The notes beneath the pieces are model-generated. The model worked only from the letters and a program-made list of their open reading frames with translations, was not told where the DNA came from and ran no database searches. DNA of 63,947 bases, the filler included. It is 14 parts of 14 records of this genome, joined end to end, with 100 filler letters (N's around TTAATTAATTAA, not from the genome) between each part and the next. Parts side by side here need not be neighbours in the genome. Positions count along the whole stretch, not along the records: positions 47,820 to 52,403 come from SRR7504441_62924; positions 52,504 to 56,913 come from SRR7504441_62927; positions 57,014 to 60,180 come from SRR7504441_62968; positions 60,281 to 63,947 come from SRR7504441_62989; 10 more parts are not named here. The stretch is one strand, 5' to 3'. A program made the translations under genes and the position numbers. Positions 49,057 through 60,936 of the stretch are shown here, in pieces (positions within the stretch are counted from its first letter, which is position 1; every line of letters starts with the position of its first letter).

Positions 49057-52040
49057 ATGCGCTTTGTTGCGCTGCTGGTGCTCGCGTCGGCGGTGTGCGC
49101 GGTCCAGCTGGGGGCGGAGCAGTCGCACGAGCTGGGCCCGGCGGAGGCGCTGGTGTCCGACTTGGGCGAATCGGACATGGACCTGGCGATGGCCGCCAAC
49201 AAGCAGGGCGTGATGACCTTCCTGGGCCAGCCGGAGATGACCCTGGGCGAGATCCAGGCCATCGCCGACGGCAGCCGGGTGCTCAACTCGCATGCGGTCC
49301 GCCAGTTCCGGGACCGCTTTGTCCAGTTGGCCGAGAAGATCGAGTCGAACGACCTCAAGAACTCGGCGCTGATGCTGGCCCAGATGTCGTCCGACGATCT
49401 GCAAAAGACCAAGAAGCGGGCGGGGCTCAAGCTGATCTTCACCAAGCTGGCCGACCTTGAGGAGAAGGTCAAAAAGGAGGGCGCCGAGGATCTACGGAAC
49501 ATCGAGGCCGGCAGGCTCAAGTGTCAGAAGAACCTCAAGGTGCTTTGGCCGCGGGCCAGGGGCCGACCGGGGGGGTGCAGGCCGCTAATGAGGTGATCAC
49601 AACCGCCGGCGAGAAGAAGTCGAAGAATGACCTGCAGCTGCGGGAGGATCAAGATCTGATCAGGCGCTCGCGCGAGGAGAGGGTGGCTTCGCGCGCATCC
49701 GAAGGCACGATTCAGAACCAATTCGATGACATGCGCTCTCAGCGGGAGGACACAAAGGCCGCGTTCAAGGCCCGAATCGACGAGCGGAACAAGGCGATAG
49801 ACGTGATGGTGAAGGCGACGTTCGTGGTCTGCGAGGACTTCAGGAAGTTCAAGGACACCGACCAGTGCAAGTCTATCAAAGCTCGCCCGGACGTGAACGA
49901 GCCCGGCGTCAAGGTGTTTCCGCCGTCGCCCACCGAGAACCAGCCGCCGGCCTGGCGGGAGGAGAAGGACATCGAGGAAGACAAGATGAACACAAAGACT
50001 TACGAGTCTGCTCAGGCCGACGCTTGGGCCAGCAGGGAAGAAGCGGATGAGAAGCTCAAGGGCGACCCCAACCCCGAGAAACTGCCGATGCACGTCTCCC
50101 AGGGCCGCGGCTCCGCCGACGACGAGATACGGAAGGCCGAAGTGTCGCTTGCTGAGGACGACGAGATCGGCGAGCCGCTTGGTAAGGACGATCGGGCGGG
50201 GCTCGAGAAGCTCAAGGCGCTGGCCGCACACGCCACCCGGGAGCGGCTAGAATCGCGGTACGCGCTGCCGCTGACCGAGCTGGCGATTGCGGTTGGAGCG
50301 GGCAAGTCAAGGAAAACGAAGAGTATTGTGCAGATTCTACTGGACGTGAGGGATCTCACAAAGGAGGAACAAATTAAGGACAAGCAGGATCTGGTGCAAC
50401 AGCTCGACGACTTCTACGCCAGTTCCTGGGATATGCGCGAGGCCGCGAATGGCGAGAAGCAGAGGCAACAGGAGCTGACCGAAGCAATGGAGGCCGCCAA
50501 TCAGCAGATGACAATGGCTCTGGCGGATACTGAGGATCAACGGAGGGCCATGCTCACGCAGCTCCAAGTGCGCACACAGACTGAGAATCAGTGCGCTAGC
50601 GCGACTCAGGAGTATGCGATCAGGGAGGCTGTCCGGGTGGAGGACTTGGAAAATTTGGTTAAACTGACCAGTCTGCTCCGGTCACTGTATGATAAAGTCG
50701 AGCCAACTGCCTGCCGGAAGGACGATAACGGCACAATGTGCACCAACAAGGACAACGGCTGGTGCGTGTTCCAGAACAAGGACGATAGCACGCAGCGGTG
50801 CTCATGCAACCACGGGTTTTACGGTCAAGACTGCGAGAAGAAGATGTGCCCTGGCGATGGCGAGACCCTTTTCAAAGCCAAGAATGCGGAGGGGATGCGG
50901 ATGGAGGGCTCGTGCTCATCGCAGGGCATCTGCGACTCCGATACAGGTATGTGTCACCAGTGCGACGAAGGGTTCTACCATGGCGACAAGAGGGCATGTG
51001 AGCACAAGCATTGCCCTGCATCCAGGGGCGGCAAAGTCGACGAAAAGTGCAGCGGGCACGGTACATGCGACATCAAGCGCGGTACGTGCTCCTGTGAGGA
51101 AGGCTGGTCTGGTGAGGGCTGCGAGAACAAGTCGTGCCCCAACTCAAACGGCGTACTGTACCCGTTCGAGTCGAGCAACGCGTGCAACGGCCGCGGCGCA
51201 TGCAGCACCGAGACCGGCGAGTGTGCGTGTGAGCAGCCCTACTACGGCAAGAGCTGCGAACTGTCCAAGTGCCCCGGCGGTGGCGGCAAAGAGAACGGCG
51301 AGGAGTTGCTCGGCTGCGGCGGTAAGGACAAGGGCACCTGCAACACTGCGACTGGCAAGTGCGCTTGTAAGGAAGGCCGGAGCGGGGCAGCCTGCGAGTA
51401 CCAGACCTGTCCGCAGGACTGCAACGGCCCGGAGCAAGGGAGCTGCAACCGGCTCGAGGGCAAGTGCGTGTGTAAGATGGGCTTCATCGGGGATTCGTGC
51501 GAGATTTCCACTCGTTGCAACCAATACTCGGCAGGGAACGCTGTGAAACAAGCCAATTGGTACACTGTGTGGGACAAGCCCGGCTGGGTCACCTGCCCCC
51601 AAGGCCAGCTGGTGCACGCGCTCCGAAGGTCTCAATGCAACTCGCTGGCATGCCTCGAGGCTGCCCGGTGTGCTGCACCGTGTGAAGGCCTCGGGATGCG
51701 CCCAGAGCGCGTGATCAAAATCCGGCACTGCTATCACGCACTCGACTGGTACGGCTCCATGGACACCGAGGGTTGGTCCAAGTGTGACCCGAGCTACTAT
51801 GTGGCCGGGTTTTATCGGTCGTGCGACTCGCTGTACTGCCTGCAGATGGCCAAGTGCTGCTCTTTCGAGGACTCGCGATGGGCCCAGTGCAAGGAAGTCA
51901 ACTGGTTCTCCGATTTCAACGGTCCAGGCTGGGTCAAGGTGCAGAAGCACCAGTTTTTGGCTGGGCTCTACCGCGGTGAGGGGCATAAGCTGAGTGACAT
52001 TGACAAGGCTTACTCGTGCGGCCTCGTACGAGGTTATTGA
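49057..52040 (+). CDS. Secreted protein: coiled-coil N-terminus, tenascin-type EGF repeats, C-terminal three-repeat Trp/Cys domain
   Basis: Signal peptide MRFVALLVLASAVCA; one intron ~49540-49580; about 7 CSGHG.C..G.C.C..G..G..C repeats; three W..D..GW..C..L.RS..L..C-type repeats. Confidence 0.85.
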
Positions 52041-52554
52041 TCCAAGTGCTAGAATGACTATTGATCAGACACGGTTGCAATAGTGCTTTAGGATTAAAAT
52101 ACATTTTATTATGATTCAAACGAGCAAGTGTGATGAGTTCAGCTTTTCATTGTATCGTTTATTGACTTAGACCATTAATACATGTGTGGCCACATGTACC
52201 CAGTACTATTTACAAGTTTAGCCGATGATCGTATTGTCGCGCTGACGCTTGCTGATCAATCCATCAATCGTTCACGCACGAAGAGAAGAACTTGGATAAA
52301 GAATCGAGTGCTGTCAAGTAGCCGTCCTCGAGCGAATGGGCCGGCAGCGGAATTTGGCCCTCTTCCAGCGTATGGCAGCACTCATGATCTCGCGGTGTGA
52401 GAGNNNNNNNNNNNNNNNNNNNNNNNNNNNNNNNNNNNNNNNNNNNNTTAATTAATTAANNNNNNNNNNNNNNNNNNNNNNNNNNNNNNNNNNNNNNNNN
52501 NNNGTTCTTTGAGTATAAATGTGTTTTTTTTTTAGCTGCAGTGAATCCGTTGCA

Positions 52555-53274
52555 ATGGATTCGGTATCGGGAGCCCAGGCTGAGGCGCGCCTGCGGTGGA
52601 GCAGCCCGGAGGCGCGGGCCGAGCTTGTCCGGCGGCCCACCCCAGAGGGCCTGGCAGCGCACCACGCGGCGGAGGCGGCGCTCGCCGAGCGGCTGTCCCG
52701 GTGGTCGGCCCGGCCCCGCCCGGCTGTCCCGGCCCTGCCGGAGCGCCAAAGCCTGCCGAAGGCAGACTGCCAGGCAGACGGCTACAGCGGCACCGCGGTG
52801 GTGAGCAGCGCCGGCAGTCCGATGTGGCTGGCTGCGCGGTACGGGGAACAGCCGGACCAGGTCCGGGTGTCCCAGGGGGAGTTCGGACTCGGCTGCGCGG
52901 CTGCCCAGGGGGGCGAGCCGCAGGCCCCGAGCGGGAGATTGCCGCGGGGGGCGCTCAGCTGTGACCGGCTCCGGAGGATCCCGAGCGCCGAGTTTGAATG
53001 GCGGCAGCAGGTGGCCCGTGGGAAGAAGCAGGCGGCCGACCAAGTGGCGACCCGGCTAGCGATGCCAGTCCCCGCGGCGGCGGCGGCGGCAGATAGATTG
53101 AATGCCGGGCGGTTGTTGCGTTTCCCGCCGCAGGGAAGCTGGCAAAGGCACAGGGATCAGTGGAATAGGGCAGAGCCACGGCTGGAGATGAGCGAGGGGT
53201 GGTGTGAGGAGGGCCGGCTAGCCAAGCCGTGGAGGCTGTGTCAGCACGACAATTCGGGATTTGCTTTATTCTGA
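52555..53274 (+). CDS. Hypothetical protein
   Basis: GC-rich ORF between AT-rich flanks, preceded by a TCCGTTGC motif. Confidence 0.5.
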   Translation: MDSVSGAQAEARLRWSSPEARAELVRRPTPEGLAAHHAAEAALAERLSRWSARPRPAVPALPERQSLPKADCQADGYSGTAVVSSAGSPMWLAARYGEQPDQVRVSQGEFGLGCAAAQGGEPQAPSGRLPRGALSCDRLRRIPSAEFEWRQQVARGKKQAADQVATRLAMPVPAAAAAADRLNAGRLLRFPPQGSWQRHRDQWNRAEPRLEMSEGWCEEGRLAKPWRLCQHDNSGFALF

Positions 53275-53604
53275 GACTCCAAGCCATACGCCACGTATAG
53301 AAATCGCTAACATAGAAATCGCTAACAAATGCTTAATAAGAAGACATGCATGGTTGTACATGTAACATTATTAGACGAACTGACGAAGTATACTGAATAC
53401 GTATATATGCAGTGCATGCGAGCTCGTAGCCTCGTACAATAAATGTACACGTAATAAGACTACATGTAATGAGAATCCATTCACAGGCAGTTAGACTTAA
53501 TCATCAATAGACGACGAAAGCAAGTGCGCTTCCGTCTAAGATGCGTCAGCCATTACTTTAGAAACCAGCACAACGGACGCGCGGCGCAGCTCACCCGAGC
53601 ACAC

Positions 53605-54330
53605 ATGGTCACGTTGGCGGCGCTGGTGCTTGTCGCCGCAGCTGCTGCCGGGTCGCCTGTCCCTGTATGGCCGCCTGCGGTCACCCCAGTGTGGCCCCTC
53701 CGCTGGGCCTCACTCAACTACACTGCGGACTTCCCTCTCGGGCCTCCGCCTTACTCCAACGTAACACTCGTGTCCTCCTGGTACTTTGATTGGTCCACAA
53801 ACAAGTGGCGGATTGACTCGTGCATGCACACAGCCCCGCACGTTCCCGCGCAATGCAAAGTGGAGCTGTGGGACGGCAACGACCACCGGGCCGGACAGCA
53901 GGATGTGGGAACCACATTCACATTCAGTGCAGACCTGCGCAGCTGCAGCTACGCCGCCTCGATGGTGCCGGCTATCACACACCCGGACTCGTTTGCGACG
54001 GCAGAGCACACCGAGCGAGTGGTGCTGGAGCGTGGCAGGTGGGGCGACACATGGACCAGCGACACCAGCAAGTGGATCCACTACAACTTTTCGACCACGA
54101 TGGACATTCTCACCGGGCTCCCGATGCGCGATTGTGGACCGACATCGCCGGAACCGCCGTATGCCTATGCGTGCAGCCGGCACCATCAGGTGAAGCTAGC
54201 TGAACAGTTTGAGCCAGAGCAGTGGCAAGGATTCTTCGAGCTCAATACGACAGCTTGTGTGCCGAAAGCAAGATCGATGGGCAGCACGGAGGAAATCTCG
54301 GTGTGGCCGGGGGCGCTTATGCGATCATAG
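53605..54330 (+). CDS. Secreted protein, possibly ependymin-related
   Basis: Signal peptide; WP..W and WYFDW..KWRID motifs with spaced Cys; family assignment is tentative. Confidence 0.5.
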   Translation: MVTLAALVLVAAAAAGSPVPVWPPAVTPVWPLRWASLNYTADFPLGPPPYSNVTLVSSWYFDWSTNKWRIDSCMHTAPHVPAQCKVELWDGNDHRAGQQDVGTTFTFSADLRSCSYAASMVPAITHPDSFATAEHTERVVLERGRWGDTWTSDTSKWIHYNFSTTMDILTGLPMRDCGPTSPEPPYAYACSRHHQVKLAEQFEPEQWQGFFELNTTACVPKARSMGSTEEISVWPGALMRS

Positions 54331-54559
54331 CATTTGCACAACATCTAATCCTGAGCCGTCAACATGATTTGAAAGCTCACACGGTTGGGGGTTGGGTTTA
54401 GGTTGGGTTGGCCCTTTGGAGTGTTCGTATGGCTGTATACCGGTCGTGATCTCGCGCGCGTCATGGCGAACGCGCATTGTGGGATAGCTGCGGGAAAGTG
54501 TTGTTACAGCGAGTACTCACTTAGATTCCCGACAATTCAACCGATGCAAATAATCATTT

Positions 54560-55324
54560 TCATGTCGGAAAGCCTATCGCGGCGTATTTGCTCAAATATA
54601 ATTCGGAGACCGCCTCGTCGTCTAGATGCACCTCCAGCTCCGTGTATGAGTCCTGGCGCAGGTACCGCACCGCCACAATCCCTGTCCTGGGGTCCACCAG
54701 CTCGGCGCAGCAATCCACAAACTGAAACCCGCACTCAGCGGCCGCCTTCCCCAATGCGGCATTGAACTGCATAGCCATCCGCGTCCGCTCTGCCTGTGTC
54801 GGCACTGCCGTGAGCTGCTCGGCCAGCTCTCTATCGAGCTGGCACCGCTGCATGTGGTGCCGAATCGCCCGCAGGTGCAGTCCCGATGGCAGCGCCGGCG
54901 GGTGCACACCGTGCAGCACAACCCGCCCGGGCGGCAGCCGGGCCGACACCCCCGGCGCCGCGAGGCAGCGCTGGATGAAGCGCACGATCGCGTCCACAGA
55001 GGCCTCCAGCTGCCGCTCGAAGCTGAGTCCGGGCCGCTGGAGCTGTCGGTAGTAGTAGACAAAATCGCAGTCCACTTGTCCGGCCACCAGCACCAGCCAC
55101 GCCGCCGGCACCTGAGCAACGAACTGGCCGAGCCGGGCCGCCGCCTGCGAGCGGGACCCGGGGTTGGCCAGCCCGAGTGCGCTCATCCCAGCGATCCGGC
55201 AGCGCACCGCCTCGACACGCCGGCCGAGCCGCCGCTGCAGCTCGGTCCATACCGAGGCGTGGCTGTCCCCGATCACGCAGACCTTGGGCCTCTGCCGCTC
55301 CTCGGCCTGGGGCGCATCGTTCAT
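54560..55324 (-). CDS. SGNH-hydrolase-like protein
   Basis: VIGDSH, GMSA.GL.N, GQVDC, EVHL. Confidence 0.75.
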   Translation of the reverse strand: MNDAPQAEERQRPKVCVIGDSHASVWTELQRRLGRRVEAVRCRIAGMSALGLANPGSRSQAAARLGQFVAQVPAAWLVLVAGQVDCDFVYYYRQLQRPGLSFERQLEASVDAIVRFIQRCLAAPGVSARLPPGRVVLHGVHPPALPSGLHLRAIRHHMQRCQLDRELAEQLTAVPTQAERTRMAMQFNAALGKAAAECGFQFVDCCAELVDPRTGIVAVRYLRQDSYTELEVHLDDEAVSELYLSKYAAIGFPT

Positions 55325-55707
55325 CGCTGTACGGGCCTGGAGCACTCAAAGGGCCCCCGCAAACCCCAGGCGTCGGCAGTGAGTCCACAGAACAAGTAAC
55401 GGAATATGAGATGAGAGCTCGCGATCGCACTCGGAGAACGTCGGAGAACCGTATCATTCATGATTCAACTCAATATAACTGGTCAACCAGTATATGCATC
55501 CTTTAATACATAATTCGGTCAGTGTGCACAGGCCAAGCCAAGGGCTCAGAGCTGCTCGTTTTGTGAGTCACAATTTTACGAGCTGCTCGTCATCGCCTCA
55601 ACAATAATTAGTACTTCAGCTTGTAGTATGATTGAGGGCCGGCACACGGATGCCTGATCCGAGGAACCAGCGCCAAGGGCGGCTGCTGCCTGGATCTACT
55701 TCTTGCC

Positions 55708-56810
55708 TCAGCCGCCGGAGGCTCCAGCCTGTTTGGCCTCAGCAGCCACCTCGGCCCGCGAACGCTGGGCTGCGGGCTCTGCAGCAACCTCCGCGGGCGC
55801 TGCTGCCGCAGGCCGCTTGCACGAGCGCCGATTCCACGGGTCTGCGCAGGCATCCGCAAGCAGCGCGCCGACATCCACGTTGGCTGCTACGTGCTCGATA
55901 TTCTTCTGGGCGTAATCCTGCAGCTGTTTGTCGTCGGTATCGCTCACTTGCTCCCTGCCAGACCATTAGAACTCTCATTCGCGCCAAGTTGATTAGTTGA
56001 AGCAGTCACCTCAGACCTTGCAGCTCGCTACACACAGGCACTACCCCGTAAAGCTGTTGCCTCGGGGAGGCCATGGCGAGCCACTGCACAGCGCCCAGAT
56101 CTCACGAGGCGGATGCGCTGCCGTTAGCTAACGGCACCTTGTTGATATACGTGGCCACACTTTCGGATGAGTAGAACCCGTCCACTGCGCCGAAATTGAG
56201 AATGGTCCCAAGCACGGGCACACCCTAAGCACGAGTGATGGCTCGGTGACCAGGGGCCTAGGCAGGTGCGTACCTTGGACTCGAAGTAGGTTTTGTTGAG
56301 GCTGAACGAGTCCACGGCCGAGCCGACCCCTGACTTGCCGATCAGCACCACGGGAGCCTTGGCCGCCTTGGCGACGTCTGCGTTATCGACGCCGACGATG
56401 GAGCCGACAGCTGGGAAGCCAACGCCATCAATGATCACCACACGCTTTCCGACGCACAGCGAGTCCACTGCAGCAGCAATCTTGAGGAGATGGCCCTGCG
56501 AGCTGCCTTGCTCCCCGTCGAGGAAGGAACGCGTGAAGCCCGAGAAGAAGACCAGCGGGGCGTGCTCCCCTGAAATGTTAGTGACACCCATCTCGGCCGT
56601 CCACTTGCTCAGCAGATCAGGGGCTTCGCACTGGGTGGCGGGCTTGATATAGCCAATCTCTTGAGGCTTGAGGCCGGCTCGGAGCAGCGAGCCGAGCAGG
56701 CTGAGGCAGACGGTGGTTTTACCACAATGGCTCACTGACCCTGCCACCATGAGCCGGATGCACTGCGGCTGGCCTTCGAGGGCACCGACCAGAGCCTGGA
56801 ACGGATCCAT
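55708..56810 (-). CDS. BioD/CobQ-like P-loop protein (AAA_26, Pta N-terminal-like), multi-exon
   Basis: VAG..SHCGKTTVCL, GYIKP, VIIDGVG..AVGSIVGVDNA.VA, GVGSAVD; three introns lead to the stop at 55708. Confidence 0.8.
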
Positions 56811-57013
56811 GCCGAGAGAAGCGTTCGGTACCCGGGGAGCTCCACTACGTAGCTCTACAGTGTAGGTGCCACCCGCATCTTCGTTCCGTTCTAGCCCAGT
56901 TGAAGTCTGTTTTNNNNNNNNNNNNNNNNNNNNNNNNNNNNNNNNNNNNNNNNNNNNTTAATTAATTAANNNNNNNNNNNNNNNNNNNNNNNNNNNNNNN
57001 NNNNNNNNNNNNN

Positions 57014-57494
57014 GCCCCCCCCCCCCTCGCACCTCCCCCGGCGCAACGGCTGGCACCCCGGGAAGCCCCGACACGTACGTTACCACCCGGAGCGGCCTCT
57101 CCTCCCCAGCCCGACGCCGGGCCGCAGCGATTCCCTGCAGCAGCGGCAGAACCGCCTTGTACCCCCGCGGAATCAAGTAGAGCGCCACAACCGACACCCC
57201 GCTCTGCACCGCCTCAGCCGGGGTCAGGTTCATCGCGTTCCTGCACTGCACCCGCACCAGCCCGGCCCGCTCCGGCCCCAGCCCGTCCACTCGCCTGCGA
57301 GCCTGCCGGGCCCGCCTGGCCTCCACTTCTATGCCAATCGCCCGGGCGCCCAGCTCCGTGGCCAGCGCCAGGGTGCGCCCGTCGCCGCAGCCGATGTCGA
57401 GCAGCACGTCCCCCGGCCCGACCCCGGCCATCCTCAGCATGGCCCGCAGCGCCGGCTCGGGAGTGGACCACAGCTCGTGCCGCGGTGCCAACAT
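57014..57494 (-). CDS. Class I SAM-dependent methyltransferase (3'-truncated)
   Basis: WSTP, LLDIGCGDGR, GARAIGIE, VVALYL, RVVTY. Confidence 0.85.
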
Positions 57495-57518
57495 TCCTAG
57501 AGGAAAACTTCGTTGAAG

Positions 57519-58163
57519 ATGGCCGTGGTGAGTTCGAGCTGTAGCCTGGTGTGCCGCGGGGCTGACTGGGCCGGTGCTGGGCAGCCGCAGAACGAGCTCG
57601 AGGAGGCGTTCAAGTTCTTCGACCACAATGCCGACGGGGTGCTCACTACGCAGGAGTTTTCGACCATGGTCCGCTCCCTGGGTACGCCCCCCCCCCCGCA
57701 GGGTGCGGTGAGCTCAGTCGGGATCCACAGGCCAAACCCCTTCCAACCTAGAGCTCAAGACGCTCTTGAAGGAGCACTGCCTCGACGAGAACGTGACCAT
57801 GGACCGGTGCTCGCCCCCCGCGGCTGGCGCCCACCGCTGTCGGCAGGGTGAAGGATATGATGGACTCAATCTACCAATACACAGCCAAGCGGGACAAGAG
57901 CAAGCTGATGGACGCGTTCGCGGTTTTCGACCCGGAGAACACCGGGGTCATTCCGTACGAGATGTTCGAGAAGGAGATCCTCCGCAAGATCGGCGAGCCG
58001 ATGGACGAGCGGGAGGTGCGCGCCGAGGGCTGCCGGCCGGCTGAGCGGGGGCGGGCAGGTGGCTGATACCCTGAAGAACTTAGAGGAGTCCGGGGCACAT
58101 GAGGGCAATCACGTCAAGTATTCAGTGTTTGTCGACTGGGTCTGGACACAGCTCCGCAAATGA
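57519..58163 (+). CDS. Calmodulin-like / myosin light chain-like EF-hand protein, 5 exons
   Basis: ELEEAFKFFDHNADG, VRSLG|QTPSNLEL, LMDAFAVFDPENTG, IGEPMDERE|V, VKYSVFV; four GT-AG introns. Confidence 0.88.
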
Positions 58164-58687
58164 GCCCTCGAGGCAGTGTCGAATAATAGTCGGGCCAGCC
58201 GCGCAGTGTGTGCGGACGGCGGTGAGATATCGGGAGAGCGGTGGTGGTGTGCCACAGGGGGTGTCCCAGGCAGTCTGATTACTGTGATTATAGCCGAGAG
58301 AGCGGAGGGGTGCGAGGCTTTCAGTGTGGATAAATGGTGCCGGGACAACGCTGCAATAGTGACAAGGATTAAAGTCCCTGTATCATACATGCGCACATAG
58401 CGTGGAAGCGTTTAGATAACCACTGCGCCATTCATGGTAGCATTCGAGCGTTATATTGTCATGTGTTGTTCTTTAATTTAATTAATTTCTGACATTGCAA
58501 GCTCGCAAGCGGTGGTGCCCAAGTCCGATGTTAATCTTCAATTCATTGGTTATCTATTGGAATGTCTATTCGGCTCCAGAGAACGCAAGCCTACAGGGTC
58601 CGCCTACTTGTCACACGCATGCCACGATCCGATCCACAGCCGCCATGAGTGAGCTGGCCGCTGCGCACCGGCACGGCGTCTCACTCA

Positions 58688-59755
58688 TCAAGCCAGGACC
58701 AGCAGCTCGGGGCACTGCTGGAGCACCTTGTCCGCGATCAGCCGGTGCCCCTCTCCGGTCGGGTGCAGCCCATCTGGCAGCATCAGCCTATCCAGCCGGC
58801 CACACTCTTGCTCGATCTCGCTCAGCGCTTCAGGTTCGTTGAAGAAGAGCACTGGAGTTTGCTCTGGTACTGAATTCAGAATGGTGTTGCTCATGTCCGC
58901 GAAGGCCACGCCCTGGCCGTAGCTGTCCAGCGCCTGGGCCAGTGTGCCGGCCGCCTCCGGCAGCAGCAGGCTCGCCATCGGAATGAGCTTGTCACGAATG
59001 ATCGGCATCTTGGAGCACAGCGGGGGCGACGACACCAGCACAGTAGGGTGCAACCCATCGGCGCTCATGAGCCGGATGAACTCGGCCACGTTTGCAAAGG
59101 CCGGGTGGTACGGGCTCGGGCCGAACCCCAGGATGGCCTGCAGATGCTCCCTCGCCCGGCCCGGCTGACTCACCAGCCCCCAGGTGTCGTTCCCGCCTGT
59201 GTGGACCAGCACGAGCGTCCTGTCCGTTATCTCCGGCCGTTCAGCGTACTGCCGGCGAAGGTCGGCGGAGCTAGATCCAGGCACCGCCAAGTTGGTCACC
59301 CGCTCACCCGCCGAGAGCCGATCAGCTAGCTGCTCAGGCCACGGTCGCTGCCCACCGGTGGCGCTGCTCCATGAGTCGCCGAATACCACCACCCGGTCCG
59401 GCCATGCCCCCCGCTCGCCCACCTCCGGGGCAGCTCCGAGCGGGGCCGGTTGCGCGGCCTCGGGGGACTCCGGGGTCTCGAGAGAAAGCGCCAGCGCCGC
59501 GGCCAGATTGGGGTCGTCGCAGCTGCGCTTCTCGGCGTCGCGCAGGTGCCGGCGGGCGCCGAGCACCGCCTGGCGAGCGGCCTGGCTCTGTTCGATGTCG
59601 GCGGCCCGGGCGAACCGGGAGTAGGCGGCTTCCAGGGCCTCGGCTGGCTCTTCGGGGGAAACTAGCCCGGCCAGGAGCGGGTCTGCCAGGTTAATCGACG
59701 GGTCCAGCTCGCTGAGCAGCCAGCGCACGAACCCAGGGTCCTGCCCGGGGTCCAT
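58688..59755 (-). CDS. GDSL/SGNH esterase with a UIM-like motif
   Basis: VVFGDSWS, NLAVPGS, GGND, DGLHPT..GH; DDPNLAAALALSL upstream. Confidence 0.85.
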   Translation of the reverse strand: MDPGQDPGFVRWLLSELDPSINLADPLLAGLVSPEEPAEALEAAYSRFARAADIEQSQAARQAVLGARRHLRDAEKRSCDDPNLAAALALSLETPESPEAAQPAPLGAAPEVGERGAWPDRVVVFGDSWSSATGGQRPWPEQLADRLSAGERVTNLAVPGSSSADLRRQYAERPEITDRTLVLVHTGGNDTWGLVSQPGRAREHLQAILGFGPSPYHPAFANVAEFIRLMSADGLHPTVLVSSPPLCSKMPIIRDKLIPMASLLLPEAAGTLAQALDSYGQGVAFADMSNTILNSVPEQTPVLFFNEPEALSEIEQECGRLDRLMLPDGLHPTGEGHRLIADKVLQQCPELLVLA

Positions 59756-60426
59756 GTGTGGTGCTGGTGTTTCCTTCCTCGGGTGTCGCCTCAATGGTTC
59801 AGCGCTATTCGCAAACGCATGCCGTTATAATATTGCCAATATTATTACTCGAATGGCCTATGAATCGATATTGATATTTAGGCTAAAGCGATCGCTCTAA
59901 GGTGGAACGGTTACAAATGACTCCATTTGACCGAGTCAATATTTACTCCTAAGTATTTAATTCCCAAGCCCAGTACTTCCTCCATTTTCCACCCACCGAG
60001 CAAATGGCTTCCGCCGTACGTGGCTTTCGAATACACGGTATTAGCGTACCCCTCACGGCATGGTATTCGAGTTTGCCGTGGAAGTTGGTGCCCTGGAAGT
60101 TGATGCTGCCTAGTGCATTGGGCGCTCGCATGTTGGTGACGGCCGGCTGGGCAGTCAGCTTGGTGGTGGGCTTGGCGGCGNNNNNNNNNNNNNNNNNNNN
60201 NNNNNNNNNNNNNNNNNNNNNNNNTTAATTAATTAANNNNNNNNNNNNNNNNNNNNNNNNNNNNNNNNNNNNNNNNNNNNTCGGGCTCTTGGTCGGAGCT
60301 CTGGTCGGGCTCTTGGTCCTCCTCCGCCTCCGCCTCCGCCTCCACAGCCCAACTTCTGACTGGCTCAACAGTCTGCGACTCTGCCGCTGGGCGAGCCCCC
60401 GTCTTCAGACTTCCGTTGCTGACTGA

Positions 60427-60936
60427 ATGTCCGTTGTGGTGGCCAAAGGCGGTGCTGCCCGTCGGATGGGGCAGGAGCGTGGGGCGAACGGGCTCGTGGT
60501 CGTCAAGCCGCACCAGGCGTCTGAATACGAGCAGGAGCTCCACGAGGAGACCGCCTTGTCGCTCCAGCTCAAGTACCAGAAGCAGGTCGCCCCAGCGCCG
60601 CCGCGGCCAGTGCGGCGGTACGAGGCCGTGGGGAATGTGCCCATCCAGCGGCGGGTGTGCCGAATCTGCGGGCTGGTTGTGGGCGCGGATCAGCCGCGCA
60701 CAAAAGGGCCAGATGGGGTGTACTACCATGCCGAATGCTTTGCCCGAAAGGTGCGGGGCGTGTGTGCGGCGTGCGGAGAGATTGTGACCACCGACCAAGC
60801 AAGGGCTAGATCAGCCAATGGGCAATATTATCACTTGGTCCAGTGCGCTGGGAATGGACTGTGGCGCAGCCCCACGGAGGACTTGAGTTTGGAACTGCAA
60901 ACTGAGAATTCTAACACGACACAGCCCAACGAGTGA
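60427..60936 (+). CDS. LIM-domain protein
   Basis: C..CG...YHAECF..C..CG...YHL..C zinc-ligand spacing. Confidence 0.65.
   Translation: MSVVVAKGGAARRMGQERGANGLVVVKPHQASEYEQELHEETALSLQLKYQKQVAPAPPRPVRRYEAVGNVPIQRRVCRICGLVVGADQPRTKGPDGVYYHAECFARKVRGVCAACGEIVTTDQARARSANGQYYHLVQCAGNGLWRSPTEDLSLELQTENSNTTQPNE

Noticed and set aside
26270-49260. Shared LGE motif after the signal peptide in two secreted coiled-coil proteins
   Set aside because: Three residues in two proteins is too little to separate from chance.
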